DNA of 64,000 nt, taken from the IMG/VR virus record IMGVR_UViG_2695420859_000012; one strand, given 5' to 3'. A program made the position numbers and the translations under genes. Below are positions 48,156 to 61,138 of this stretch, piece by piece. Source of the stretch: a virus. Lineage: Duplodnaviria > Heunggongvirae > Uroviricota > Caudoviricetes. A model generated the notes under the pieces. That model was not told where the DNA came from and ran no database searches. It was given only the letters and a program-made list of their open reading frames with translations. Numbering within the stretch: the first letter of the stretch is position 1; each line of letters begins with the position of its first letter.

Positions 48156-48899
48156 TTACCATGTTCCCCATAGAGGGTTTTCCAATAATCTCGCCTCCAA
48201 CGAATTGGCTACTATTGCCGTTTGCAACGTTGGTTGGGGATAGTTTGCAAAGTCTGAATACTCATTTTCCTGCGTGACACGTTTATCTACGGCATGTTTA
48301 ACGCCACTTGCTATGAAATGACGCATGATGCCCAACAGCCTCCGACTGTCTGCACTATCGTTTGCTAAAACATGAGGGAGCTGAAGTTCGATTTCTACCA
48401 TTTCTCCATACTTACCAACAAACTGTAGTTTGTCCGCACTGTACTTTTTATCCCTCCTTTGGATAAGGAAACCAGTAAAAGCATCACCTGGCGATGCCAA
48501 ACTATCCACCCGCTTATTGGCAAGTCGAATAAGGTTCGTGAAAGCCATACAGTGATGCGCACCCATTCCCCCAAAGAACCCTTCGCTATTAATGTTAAGA
48601 TCTTCAGTTTCATGGGATGCAATAAACCCAGGCCCGACGTTGGGAAGATATCCCCCCTCAACAAAAGGATTAATCAGGATCGGCGCAATACATCCAGGTG
48701 GTAGTGATTTCAAACTTTGCATCAATGGTGTCTCGGATATTAGACCAAGCAACGCGGCGAATTGTACTCCGTCAATATTGTTGCTGCCCCATAGAATACG
48801 TGGAGCCGCACCATTGGAAGTATGCCCATTGATCAGTTTTATCGACTGCATCACTGCAAATACCTGCAAAAACTGCGAGCGGCTTAATTTAAACGACAT
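48156..48899 (-). CDS. Hypothetical protein (247 aa)
   Basis: ORF between the Rad50-like ATPase and the resolvase; overlaps the upstream gene by 11 nt. Confidence 0.45.
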   Translation of the reverse strand: MSFKLSRSQFLQVFAVMQSIKLINGHTSNGAAPRILWGSNNIDGVQFAALLGLISETPLMQSLKSLPPGCIAPILINPFVEGGYLPNVGPGFIASHETEDLNINSEGFFGGMGAHHCMAFTNLIRLANKRVDSLASPGDAFTGFLIQRRDKKYSADKLQFVGKYGEMVEIELQLPHVLANDSADSRRLLGIMRHFIASGVKHAVDKRVTQENEYSDFANYPQPTLQTAIVANSLEARLLENPLWGTW

Positions 48900-50805
48900 A
48901 GCTGCGCCCCTCTTTAACTTCCAGCGTAATAGTTTCCCGGAACCATGACTTCATCTCTTTATGGGAGATAATCAGCACAGTACCTCGCTCGCGAGCTTTG
49001 GACTCCAGAATACCCATGAGGCGTTCAAGACCGGCTGTATCGAGTGCATCGTCAATTTCGTCGCCGATAAACAAATCGATGTTTTTACTCGCCCGGTTAC
49101 TAACCAGATCCTGCAATGCCAAAGAACACGCAATGCGAACCTTCCGCTTCTCACCACCAGAGAGGGTTTGGAACGACTTACTTGAACCTTTCTTCTGCAC
49201 ACTAATGTTGAATTTGTCGCGATACTCACCTTTTTTAGTGACATCCATCGTCGACCACTCAGCAGTAATATTCCCGTCAGACAACGTATTGAGATACTCG
49301 GCAGTGCGTGTATTCAGGAAAGGCGTAACAGACGTCAAAATATGAGAACGCACCCCGGCAGGAGAGTAGACCTGACGAGCTTTTTCCAATAGCAACGTTT
49401 GTTCCTGAATAGCCTTCAACTCATCTTTTAAGGACTTGAAGGTAGACTTACTGGATACCAGGTTATCTTCGTGTCTGGCGATAAGAGCAATAAACGGATT
49501 AATCTCTTTTGATATACGATCGACCTCAGTACGAGCACGAGTCACAAGAGACTCAATAGCAACAACCTCCTTCTCACGATGACGCAAAGATGAGAGTTGT
49601 TTCGTAAGCTCTTCAATCCGGGCAATGATAGCCGTTACATCAGGTGTCGTTTTAACAAGGGCAGACTCAATGCTTAACGCTTTCTCAAGATTCGTTTTGT
49701 GTTTAGCCATTGCCTCTGCAAGTGTCTTCGCCTGACCAATTTCCTGACGTGCTTGTTCAATGAAATTCTCCTTCACCGTTGATAGATCTTCTTCGCAGTA
49801 GGCTTTGCCACAAGTAGGGCATGGTGATCCCACTTTAGTACCAACCTCTTCTGCTTTGGTCTTAAAATTACGCGCGCGGCTCATTGCATCAGCCTGACTA
49901 TTTTCTGTAGCTTTGATGCTTGCCCGAATATCAGTTATCGCACCACGAACTTTGAGCAACTTGGCGTCATGTTCTTCTTTTGAGGCTAACTTTTTGCGCT
50001 CACTTTCGATTGCCTTCTCGGTATCACGGATCTGTTCGGGAAGAGTGCGGATCTCAAGTTCAACTTCCGTTAACTCAACTTCGGCACTGGCCAGCCCAGC
50101 CAGGGCATCGTCATAACGTTTAGAACGCTCTTGCTCCCATGATTCAGAGGAGGCTTTCGCTGACTCAATTTCTGACTGTGTTGCCTCAATGGTCGAGATT
50201 GTCGACTCCAATTTGGTTTTAACCACATCCATACGTGCGGCAGCTGCATTAGCTCGCTCACGAGCAATAGCGTAGGCGCGTGTCAGTCTGTCAACGCCAG
50301 CGGCTTCTTCTACGATGGTTTTGAGGTTTTTGTCGGACATTCCAGGTAAATCTGGCATAGCTTCTTGGCTCGCATAGATGGAAGCCATGAAAACCTCTTT
50401 AGATGCACCGATCAGACGCTCGACGAACTCTTGCGTCAGCGCATCTTTGCCTTTCGTCATATCGCCGTCTTCACCACGAACGATAAGCCGATTTTTGAAC
50501 TCTTTGTGTTTACGGTGACGAATGATCGCATATCTCTTGCCTTCATCCTCGATGGTTACTGCAACACGACAGTTCTTTTCATGGTCGGTAGACAACACAT
50601 CGTCCCCCTTCACACCATGAGCTGTTTCGCCATAAAGACACCACATCAGGCTATTCATTAGCGTTGACTTTCCAGAGCCATTACTTGATGCGGAACTATC
50701 ATCACTATTAACACCCTGAATGAGCACTAAACCACGCTGATCTAACTCGACCTCCGCGCTGGCGATAGCCATAAAATTCTCAACCTGGAGCTTTAAAAAC
50801 TTCAT
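48889..50805 (-). CDS. SbcC/Rad50-like recombination ATPase
   Basis: N-terminal Walker A (GVNSDDSSASSNGSGKST), long central coiled-coil with CPTC hook-like motif (KVGSPCPTCGK), C-terminal signature and Walker B (LSGGEKRK...LFIGDEIDDALD). Confidence 0.75.
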   Translation of the reverse strand: MKFLKLQVENFMAIASAEVELDQRGLVLIQGVNSDDSSASSNGSGKSTLMNSLMWCLYGETAHGVKGDDVLSTDHEKNCRVAVTIEDEGKRYAIIRHRKHKEFKNRLIVRGEDGDMTKGKDALTQEFVERLIGASKEVFMASIYASQEAMPDLPGMSDKNLKTIVEEAAGVDRLTRAYAIARERANAAAARMDVVKTKLESTISTIEATQSEIESAKASSESWEQERSKRYDDALAGLASAEVELTEVELEIRTLPEQIRDTEKAIESERKKLASKEEHDAKLLKVRGAITDIRASIKATENSQADAMSRARNFKTKAEEVGTKVGSPCPTCGKAYCEEDLSTVKENFIEQARQEIGQAKTLAEAMAKHKTNLEKALSIESALVKTTPDVTAIIARIEELTKQLSSLRHREKEVVAIESLVTRARTEVDRISKEINPFIALIARHEDNLVSSKSTFKSLKDELKAIQEQTLLLEKARQVYSPAGVRSHILTSVTPFLNTRTAEYLNTLSDGNITAEWSTMDVTKKGEYRDKFNISVQKKGSSKSFQTLSGGEKRKVRIACSLALQDLVSNRASKNIDLFIGDEIDDALDTAGLERLMGILESKARERGTVLIISHKEMKSWFRETITLEVKEGRSYVV

Positions 50806-51034
50806 ATAACACCTTTGATACCGTGTGTTAGCTTTTGACCTTCTTTCAATCTGAACTCCGTATGCGCCGGGAAGGATCTGCGCCTCAATACGCCTTTTCT
50901 GGTTAACCTTCCAAGATAAAACGCTACGGGATTTCCTTGTGGCGGGTAGGGCTTGTGAAACATCACCGTCTGGCCTCGTTCAAGTCTTTTCATCGTGATG
51001 GCAAAGTCTCGAAAGCTCCCATAACGACTTTGCC

Positions 51035-52120
51035 TCACACAGCCTCCGAACTCTCCGCTTCGGTGAGGATTTCCTGACACAAAATATCCAACTTGCTCAG
51101 ATCAAATCCGCCGTCAGTATCGTGGACAATCTTGCAATAAGCAGATACCGACTCTCCCAGGCTATCGATTTTGCTGGTTTCCGTTGTGCTTGCTGTCCCT
51201 TCCATCATTGATGACTTACGGATGAAGTTGCACACGACACCTTTTGCACCCATTGTTTTGAGGATGTTCTGGTACTTAATGCCTTCTTCATCGTTCTCAA
51301 TTACGGCGCGGAAACGCACGTAGTTGCCGCGAATTTGGTCATCGGCAACATAATCTTCCAGGTTAATGAATTTAGGCGCACTGGTTTCGTAGTGACTGAA
51401 ACTGCCGTCCGGGTTTACGATCATGTAACCAGCCAGAGATCCAACATCTCCCCAATTTTGATGGGTCAGCGCACCGACACTGATAACTCCAGGAATGACC
51501 TCTTTGTGGTTGTGGTAATGCCCACTAAGCACGAGACGAAAGCCGATATCCTTTAACTCCTGCGCATCGATACCGACGTCAGGCATTGTTGGAATGGCTT
51601 TGTTAATGGATGTATGGATAACAACGTCATGGTTATCACCTTCTACGCTCTTACGTAATGCTTTCAGATCGCTGATAAGCTCCGCATGATTGTTACGCCA
51701 GCTAATCAGGTGGACAGTCACATCACCAATTTTTATTGAGTGTGGGCGCTTGCCACATACGATTACCACGCCGATAGAACTCAGCGATGCTGCTGCGTTG
51801 GCGCTATATACTGAATCGTTGGTTTCAAGATCGTGATTACCGGCCAGCATTACTACTGTCAGATCAAGCTCGTTGATAATCCACTTGTACGTTTCAGTTA
51901 CGTAATGCAAAACAGAAGGGGACACAGTTCCTCGGACGTGAAATGTATCACCGGCAACCAACATGTACTTACAACCGGCCTTCTTCATGGCGATGGCTGC
52001 TTCTTTCGTTGCTTCCAACTGTATTTCAAGTCTGGAGTTAAGCCCCTCTGCGTTCGTCGTGGAGAACGCATCCCATTTGTGGTAGTGGCAGTCAGAAATG
52101 ACGCCGTATGGCAAAGTCAT
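51035..52120 (-). CDS. SbcD/Mre11-like nuclease (calcineurin-like metallophosphoesterase)
   Basis: Phosphoesterase motifs (ISDCHYH, LVAGDTFH, GNHD, SGHYH). Confidence 0.8.
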   Translation of the reverse strand: MTLPYGVISDCHYHKWDAFSTTNAEGLNSRLEIQLEATKEAAIAMKKAGCKYMLVAGDTFHVRGTVSPSVLHYVTETYKWIINELDLTVVMLAGNHDLETNDSVYSANAAASLSSIGVVIVCGKRPHSIKIGDVTVHLISWRNNHAELISDLKALRKSVEGDNHDVVIHTSINKAIPTMPDVGIDAQELKDIGFRLVLSGHYHNHKEVIPGVISVGALTHQNWGDVGSLAGYMIVNPDGSFSHYETSAPKFINLEDYVADDQIRGNYVRFRAVIENDEEGIKYQNILKTMGAKGVVCNFIRKSSMMEGTASTTETSKIDSLGESVSAYCKIVHDTDGGFDLSKLDILCQEILTEAESSEAV

Positions 52121-52374
52121 GTGTTTTTCCTTTGTGGTTATTTTGATACAAATTTTAAGAGCAATGAGAAGGTAAACAACTATGCATAACGGTATGTTAG
52201 GAATGAAACGAGCGTCTTAATATACAAAACTTATAAGTAAGTATATACCTATTTATTGTGGCGCAACTTTGCTTGTCTGTATGACTAAAAATAAGACAGG
52301 ATCACTGTAGAACGCTATGAGAGCTATTTTGAGGAGGCGTAGATTCTATCTACGCCAATATACGATCTGGAGGG

Positions 52375-53019
52375 TTACAGCGCGTCAGTGGGCTTTTTAC
52401 GCGCTGCGTTTATGCTTATGACGCCAGCTTTTGGACGTGGGTCAACAAGGTTAAGCTCTTCTTCGCTGTGGTATTCGAGGTCGAACTCACGTTTTACATG
52501 TCTGATGTAGATTGCGGTGAGCAGGCTATCTTTGGTCAGAAAGTGTCCGTAGGATTTGCGGATCACTTCTTCTACCTTCTCGATTTTCTCACCACCCATA
52601 CAGAGATGATTAAACCGGCTGTGTTTCCGCAACATTTCGTCTACTGGGCCTGAGTAAACCTTGTCTACTTTCCCAAAACGGATGATTTTCCCTGTGTCTG
52701 CGGATACGAGGCAAATCAGCTTGTCTGGTGATAAACGATCTCGCCACGTCACACCTGAACGGAGTGTGTTGAAGTAGGGAGCATCCAATCCGATGATCGG
52801 TTTACGAAATGCGAGTAATGGAACGTACCTGATGCAACTGTTTAAATGAAAATTCACACCAGCCTTATCAAGTTTAATTCTGGTTTCGTAGATCGGGCAC
52901 TTCGCCGCTATACCGCAGATGTCACAAAGCAACTTCTGCTTATTCAGGTTGGAATTTGATTCGATAGTGTAGGAGCCGTCTTCAAGACGACGAACCCAGC
53001 GCGTGCGTTTTAGATCCAT
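52375..53019 (-). CDS. Hypothetical protein (214 aa) with Cys cluster
   Basis: CDICGIAAKCP-type Cys pairs suggest a metal-binding motif; no family assigned. Confidence 0.45.
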   Translation of the reverse strand: MDLKRTRWVRRLEDGSYTIESNSNLNKQKLLCDICGIAAKCPIYETRIKLDKAGVNFHLNSCIRYVPLLAFRKPIIGLDAPYFNTLRSGVTWRDRLSPDKLICLVSADTGKIIRFGKVDKVYSGPVDEMLRKHSRFNHLCMGGEKIEKVEEVIRKSYGHFLTKDSLLTAIYIRHVKREFDLEYHSEEELNLVDPRPKAGVISINAARKKPTDAL

Positions 53020-53094
53020 ATGTCATTTTTCTGTGATTGTTAGCCGAGGCAACGATAACCCACCAGGTGCGCCGAAGGTAGTAAATGCCTGTTT

Positions 53095-53215
53095 TAATTA
53101 TTCACATATCCACAGGATAGATCCTAATAAAGAGATCCATAGATAGATCCTTATATAGATCAAATAAGATCCCCGATCGCTGTAAGCCGCGCCACGACTG
53201 GTCTGAAGTCATGTT
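53095..53215. promoter_or_regulatory. Origin-like region: DnaA-box-like site and GATC cluster upstream of repA iterons
   Basis: ATATCCACA (one mismatch to the TTATCCACA DnaA box) at about 53101-53113, followed by GATAGATCC-type repeats containing at least five GATC sites in about 70 bp. Confidence 0.5.
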
Positions 53216-53218
53216 CAT

Positions 53219-53321
53219 GTATGCTGTCAGCGGTAATTGATAGTCTGTCAGCGGTTCACCGTATGCTGCCAACTGTTTTTGGTATTCTGTCAGCGGCAAA
53301 TCAAGTATGCTGTCAGCGGTT
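53219..53321. repeat. Iterons upstream of repA (about 5 copies, 22-24 bp spacing)
   Basis: (G)TATGCTGTCAGCGGT and variants (TCTGTCAGCGGT, TATGCTGCCAACTGT, TATTCTGTCAGCGG) at regular two-turn spacing. Confidence 0.8.
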
Positions 53322-53340
53322 GAATGACAAAGGTGTCCAC

Positions 53341-54435
53341 ATGTCCACAAAAAATAAAAAAGGTAAAAATAACAAAGAAGTAGAAGATAACATCGACAAC
53401 TTTGAAGAAGGTTCCCTTGAATTGTACACAGGGGAACTTGTCCCTAATAGCAACAATACAGTCCAACCAATTGCGTTGATGCGACTGGGGTTGTTCGTCC
53501 CCACGCTTAAGGGAACAAAATACAGTAAACGTAACAAGCCAAATGAGATCGATGCTTCAAAGGAGCTTGTCCAGCTCGAAGTAGCCCGTTCTGAAGGCTA
53601 TTCCGATATCAAGATAACCGGTCCTCGTCTCGACATGGATCATGATTTCAAAACGTGGGTGGGCGTTGTGCGTTCGCTGGCAGAATACGGCGAACCTAAC
53701 GGTCGTGTCGAGTTAAGCATCACGAAATTTGCGAAGTTTTGTGGCTATCCATCGTCACAGATCCGCAAAACACTCCGCGACCGGCTTACAAACAGTCTTT
53801 TGAAGATCATGCGTACAACTCTGTCTTTCCAGAGAACGTATGAAGAAAAGAACGTCGACGGCTCTAACAAGATCTCGCTTCTGATGGTGCACCTCATCAA
53901 TAGCGTGGACTACAACGAGCAGAAAGATACGGTGGTGTTCTATGCAGAACCGAAGCTGGCCGAACTATATCGCTTTGACCATAAGGTTCTTTTGCAGTTA
54001 AAGGTTATCAATAAGCTACCACGCAAAGAAACAGCACAGGCTCTGTACACCTTCATCGAAAGTCTTCCAACCAAGCCTGCGCCGGTATCGCTTGCTCGAT
54101 TGCGTGCGCGACTCAATTTGAGTAGCAGGAATGTCAGCTCGCAGAATCAGACTATACGTAACGGCTTAAAAGCTCTCCAAGATTTGGGCTATCTCGAATA
54201 CAGCGAGATTAAGCGTGGGCGGTCGATCTATATCCAGATTCACAGCCGCAATCCAAAACTCAAAGTCGCACCGCCAAAACCTGAAGACATCGAACCCAAA
54301 AAACCAGATGAGAAAGCCGGGGAAATTGATGCCAAACAGAACATTATCAATAAGATAACCGAACTTTCGCAGAATTTGACGCCTGAAAATATCAAGATGA
54401 TTGAGATCCTTTCCAATAGTCTCAAACTGCTTTGA
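53341..54435 (+). CDS. repA: Iteron-binding replication initiator RepA (putative)
   Basis: 365-aa basic protein flanked on both sides by arrays of its probable binding iterons. Start placed at the internal Met after an AAAGGTG RBS; the track ORF start at 53221 lies inside the iterons. Confidence 0.7.
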   Translation: MSTKNKKGKNNKEVEDNIDNFEEGSLELYTGELVPNSNNTVQPIALMRLGLFVPTLKGTKYSKRNKPNEIDASKELVQLEVARSEGYSDIKITGPRLDMDHDFKTWVGVVRSLAEYGEPNGRVELSITKFAKFCGYPSSQIRKTLRDRLTNSLLKIMRTTLSFQRTYEEKNVDGSNKISLLMVHLINSVDYNEQKDTVVFYAEPKLAELYRFDHKVLLQLKVINKLPRKETAQALYTFIESLPTKPAPVSLARLRARLNLSSRNVSSQNQTIRNGLKALQDLGYLEYSEIKRGRSIYIQIHSRNPKLKVAPPKPEDIEPKKPDEKAGEIDAKQNIINKITELSQNLTPENIKMIEILSNSLKLL

Positions 54436-54970
54436 TATGCTGTCAGCGGTGAAATGTATGCTATCAGCGGCTATTTTTCTGAAAAGTATGCTGTGAACGG
54501 TTAAAGATATGCTACCAGCGGTATAGTGAGATGAACGTATGCTGTGAGCGGTAAATCATCTATCACCACTCAATGCTCTGCCATACCTCCCCAGTGGTTA
54601 CTAACCTCGAAGAGTGCATTCCATATAGGTTTGCGCTCACTAACATTCTATTGCTATTGCGCTGATTGCTTGTAGTGAAAGGCATTTATTGCCTGCTACT
54701 CCCTGATAGAATGTATGCTGTCAGCGGTGTTTTATTGAGGAATTTTTGTTTGGATATGCTATCAGCGGTAATTAATGGTATATGTCAGACCTTCGTATGC
54801 TGCCAGCGGTAATTTTGTTCTGGTTATACCCATACCGGGACACATTATTCATGCAATGTCTTAAGTATGCTGTCAGCGGTAAAAAATCGAGTAAAGTATG
54901 CTGTGAGCGGTGAGATAGACTCTCGATATGCTATCAGCGGTAGTTGATTGTGTATGCTGTCAGCGGTGAC
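54436..54970. repeat. Iteron arrays downstream of repA (about 12 copies in two clusters)
   Basis: TATGCTGTCAGCGGT, TATGCTATCAGCGG, TATGCTGTGAACGG, TATGCTACCAGCGG, TATGCTGTGAGCGG and similar at about 54436-54552 and 54712-54967. Confidence 0.8.
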
Positions 54971-55014
54971 GACTATGAAATATGACTGCGGAACGTGCCG
55001 CAGTCAGTTTGCAT

Positions 55015-55227
55015 TTAGTGTATTTTCTTTAACAGACCCCAAAGTGTTCCGGCTTTTGTAGTCAGTTTTCCTGTTTCTGGATCGTACATACGCCATTCAC
55101 GCCGCTGGTGGACGATATACCCATCTTCACGTTCCAGACGCTCAAGAATGCCAGGCTGCTTGAAACCCTTAGCACGCCAGTAGCCGCTTGTTTTCTCGAT
55201 TTCCAGACCTGCCAGTGTTAATGCCAT
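55015..55227 (-). CDS. Hypothetical protein (70 aa)
   Basis: ORF whose start overlaps the stop of the upstream gene. Confidence 0.4.
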   Translation of the reverse strand: MALTLAGLEIEKTSGYWRAKGFKQPGILERLEREDGYIVHQRREWRMYDPETGKLTTKAGTLWGLLKKIH

Positions 55228-55562
55228 TACCCAACCTCCTTGCAGTCATCGAAAAGGTAGCTGTCGTTCTTCGCGTGAACGCCGTATACATCACCCGATT
55301 TGTTGTAAACGAACCTATCTTTACCTACGCCAGATAGTTCGCCGTTACGTTTAGTGAGAAACGGGGAAGACAGGACGCGATCATCGCGTACCACATAAAA
55401 CTGTTCGCCACGGTCCACAACCATCGCGCCGTAATTAGCTTTAACGGCGTTGCGGATCAGGCCGTTTTTCGCTTCGACCACAAACATTTCGCACTCATAG
55501 ACATGTGTGTCCGCAAAGACGGGGAGAGTGAGCAGCGCCAGTACCAGGGCTGTTTTCTTCAT
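55227..55562 (-). CDS. Secreted protein (hypothetical, 111 aa)
   Basis: Predicted signal peptide (MKKTALVLALLTLPVFA). Confidence 0.5.
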   Translation of the reverse strand: MKKTALVLALLTLPVFADTHVYECEMFVVEAKNGLIRNAVKANYGAMVVDRGEQFYVVRDDRVLSSPFLTKRNGELSGVGKDRFVYNKSGDVYGVHAKNDSYLFDDCKEVG

Positions 55563-55736
55563 GCCACGACTCCTTTGAAAACGCCTAATGCTGAGTCGAA
55601 GACCAGTACTACGGCCAGCGCATTGATCATCACATCATTAACAGGCGCCAGCGCTTTACGGATTGCCCCTGTGAAGATGCAGTCGAGCACAAAGGCTATC
55701 GAGATAATAAGTAACGTGATATCTAATAAAATTTTC
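55563..55736 (-). CDS. Small membrane protein (58 aa; below ORF-track threshold)
   Basis: My own translation from a GTG start: VKILLDITLLIISIAFVLDCIFTGAIRKALAPVNDVMINALAVVLVFDSALGVFKGVVA; its stop overlaps the ATG of the downstream secreted-protein gene. Confidence 0.3.
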
Positions 55737-55777
55737 ACGATAGGTAAATGCTAACTTATATATTTTTGCTGTAAATA

Positions 55778-56116
55778 TCACTCAAAAGTGCTGATACCCA
55801 AAATGCGCTCAAGATGGGCCGCGTCTTCATCGCTTACCAGCATTGTGTCGTCTACGTACCAGCAGCTACCGTTGTGCCAACAAACACCGTCATCATCGAT
55901 ATAAATAGAATCCGCATCCATTCCTGTGTATTCAACTAGATTGCGTTCAATTGCCGCTTGAATTTCTTCATCGTTCAGCCCGTCGCACTTGATCATGAAC
56001 AACGGGTAAACGTCATAGTCGGTACTAGATGAAATGCGAACCAAAGTCTTCATGTGTTTTCTCCTTGTTGGTAAGTACTTATCTATCTTAATGGGCGCTA
56101 TAAGGCGCACAATCAT
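55778..56116 (-). CDS. Hypothetical protein (112 aa or shorter)
   Basis: ORF with a possible internal start (MKTLVRISS). Confidence 0.4.
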   Translation of the reverse strand: MIVRLIAPIKIDKYLPTRRKHMKTLVRISSSTDYDVYPLFMIKCDGLNDEEIQAAIERNLVEYTGMDADSIYIDDDGVCWHNGSCWYVDDTMLVSDEDAAHLERILGISTFE

Positions 56117-56232
56117 TGTGTTCAGGCTGGTGGAAAGAACTTCTCCAGCGTGTGGTTGATAGCCTTATCAATGTGCATCAGGTGCCAGACGATCATATCT
56201 TTGCTTCCAATGCCGCGAGTGTAGATGAAGTG

Positions 56233-59951
<3,719 letters not shown>

Positions 59952-59965
59952 AATTGTAAGTTCCC

Positions 59966-61129
59966 TTAATCAAAATTCTTCTGTTTCATTGCCTCAGCCG
60001 CTTTTTGCAGCGGTCCTTTTAAGGCTTTTTCTAACTTTGTCATCTGCTCTAAGTGCCACGCAACCGCTTGGGGCCAAGTCTCTTTGTTAAACCCGTCAGC
60101 TTTGGTCGAAAACTGGATACGGCAAGATTTCTTCTCATCCAGCCTCATCCACTCAAGTTCTGCACCAAAAGTATGCTCAATGTCTTGTTTGGACTGACTC
60201 AACAAATCAAAAAGGTATTTATTCTCTTCGGTAACCCCACGGCTGATCCAAAGCTCTACTCGAAGCTCTTTTTGCAGAAATATCAGGTTATACGGACATC
60301 CACTTAGCCCTGAGCCTGCTGATAACCAATGATCTTTGCTTGGGCTAATGTTGTTATAGAGTTGGCAAGAGCTTTTCTGAAACGCCTCTAAGGCACGCTC
60401 CCAGTACTCGCGACGCACGGTATGGCGGTTTTTTAGTACCACTTCGGTGGTTTTTTCTTCCGCTTCCTTGGCATTAATGCCGATCATCAACTCTTTCGCT
60501 TCTGGCGTTGGAATGATCTGGTCAATATTAATCAGTAGCTGTTCACCCAGTGAATAAGGCGTGATTTTGAAGCAGGCAATGCTAATGCCTTGACCCAATA
60601 ACCACAGCGCGGTGCTGGTCACTTCTTTGCGAAAGTTTGCCGCAACTAACATAATGCGCTGGCTGTTACCCAGGTTGAGCTTTAACTCATCGAGATCGGG
60701 CGCATCCAAAAACTCACATATTCTAGCAGAGGCACTTGCAGGGGTATTAAACAAGTCAACCTCTCCTGTTACAGGCTCATAGCGGTCTAAGTACTGCTGG
60801 TAAATTTCAACGATTTGCGCTTTGGTTAAACTTGCGCAGTAGGAGGCATATTTAAGCGCCTGCCACACCACATCGCGGCCACTGTCGTCCAGCTTGTTTT
60901 CAATAATGACCAAGTTGCCATCTTTATCCAGTGCCAGTAAATCTAAGCGTTCACGGGTGTCATCAAAGCCATCGAACTCTTTTTGAATAATCAGCAGCTC
61001 TTCACCCAGTGCGGAAGGCTCGTGTGCCAACCATTCCTGAAGATTTTTGCGCTCAGTAAAGCCCAACTCACTGAATCTCTTCGTCTTAACCGGACTAATC
61101 CTGTTGGTCTGATGATTTACCGTGAACAT
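59966..61129 (-). CDS. NucS-like / DUF4268-type protein inserted in the type I R-M operon
   Basis: N-terminal region resembles PD-(D/E)xK NucS-type nucleases (ERLDLLALDKDGNLVIIENKLD...VWQALKYASY); located between hsdS and hsdR. Confidence 0.45.
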   Translation of the reverse strand: MFTVNHQTNRISPVKTKRFSELGFTERKNLQEWLAHEPSALGEELLIIQKEFDGFDDTRERLDLLALDKDGNLVIIENKLDDSGRDVVWQALKYASYCASLTKAQIVEIYQQYLDRYEPVTGEVDLFNTPASASARICEFLDAPDLDELKLNLGNSQRIMLVAANFRKEVTSTALWLLGQGISIACFKITPYSLGEQLLINIDQIIPTPEAKELMIGINAKEAEEKTTEVVLKNRHTVRREYWERALEAFQKSSCQLYNNISPSKDHWLSAGSGLSGCPYNLIFLQKELRVELWISRGVTEENKYLFDLLSQSKQDIEHTFGAELEWMRLDEKKSCRIQFSTKADGFNKETWPQAVAWHLEQMTKLEKALKGPLQKAAEAMKQKNFD

Positions 61130-61138
61130 ATTCGCTTC

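Noticed and set aside
50802-51080. 92-aa Arg-rich ORF between the Rad50-like and Mre11-like genes
   Set aside because: Composition (Arg/Gly-rich, no hydrophobic core) and overlap with the Mre11 gene 3' end argue against coding; the interval is reported as a spacer instead.
53219-54970. Possible CRISPR array (regularly spaced 15-bp repeats)
   Set aside because: The repeats are degenerate, have short spacers of 6-10 bp and irregular longer gaps, flank a repA gene, and no cas genes are present. These are replication iterons.
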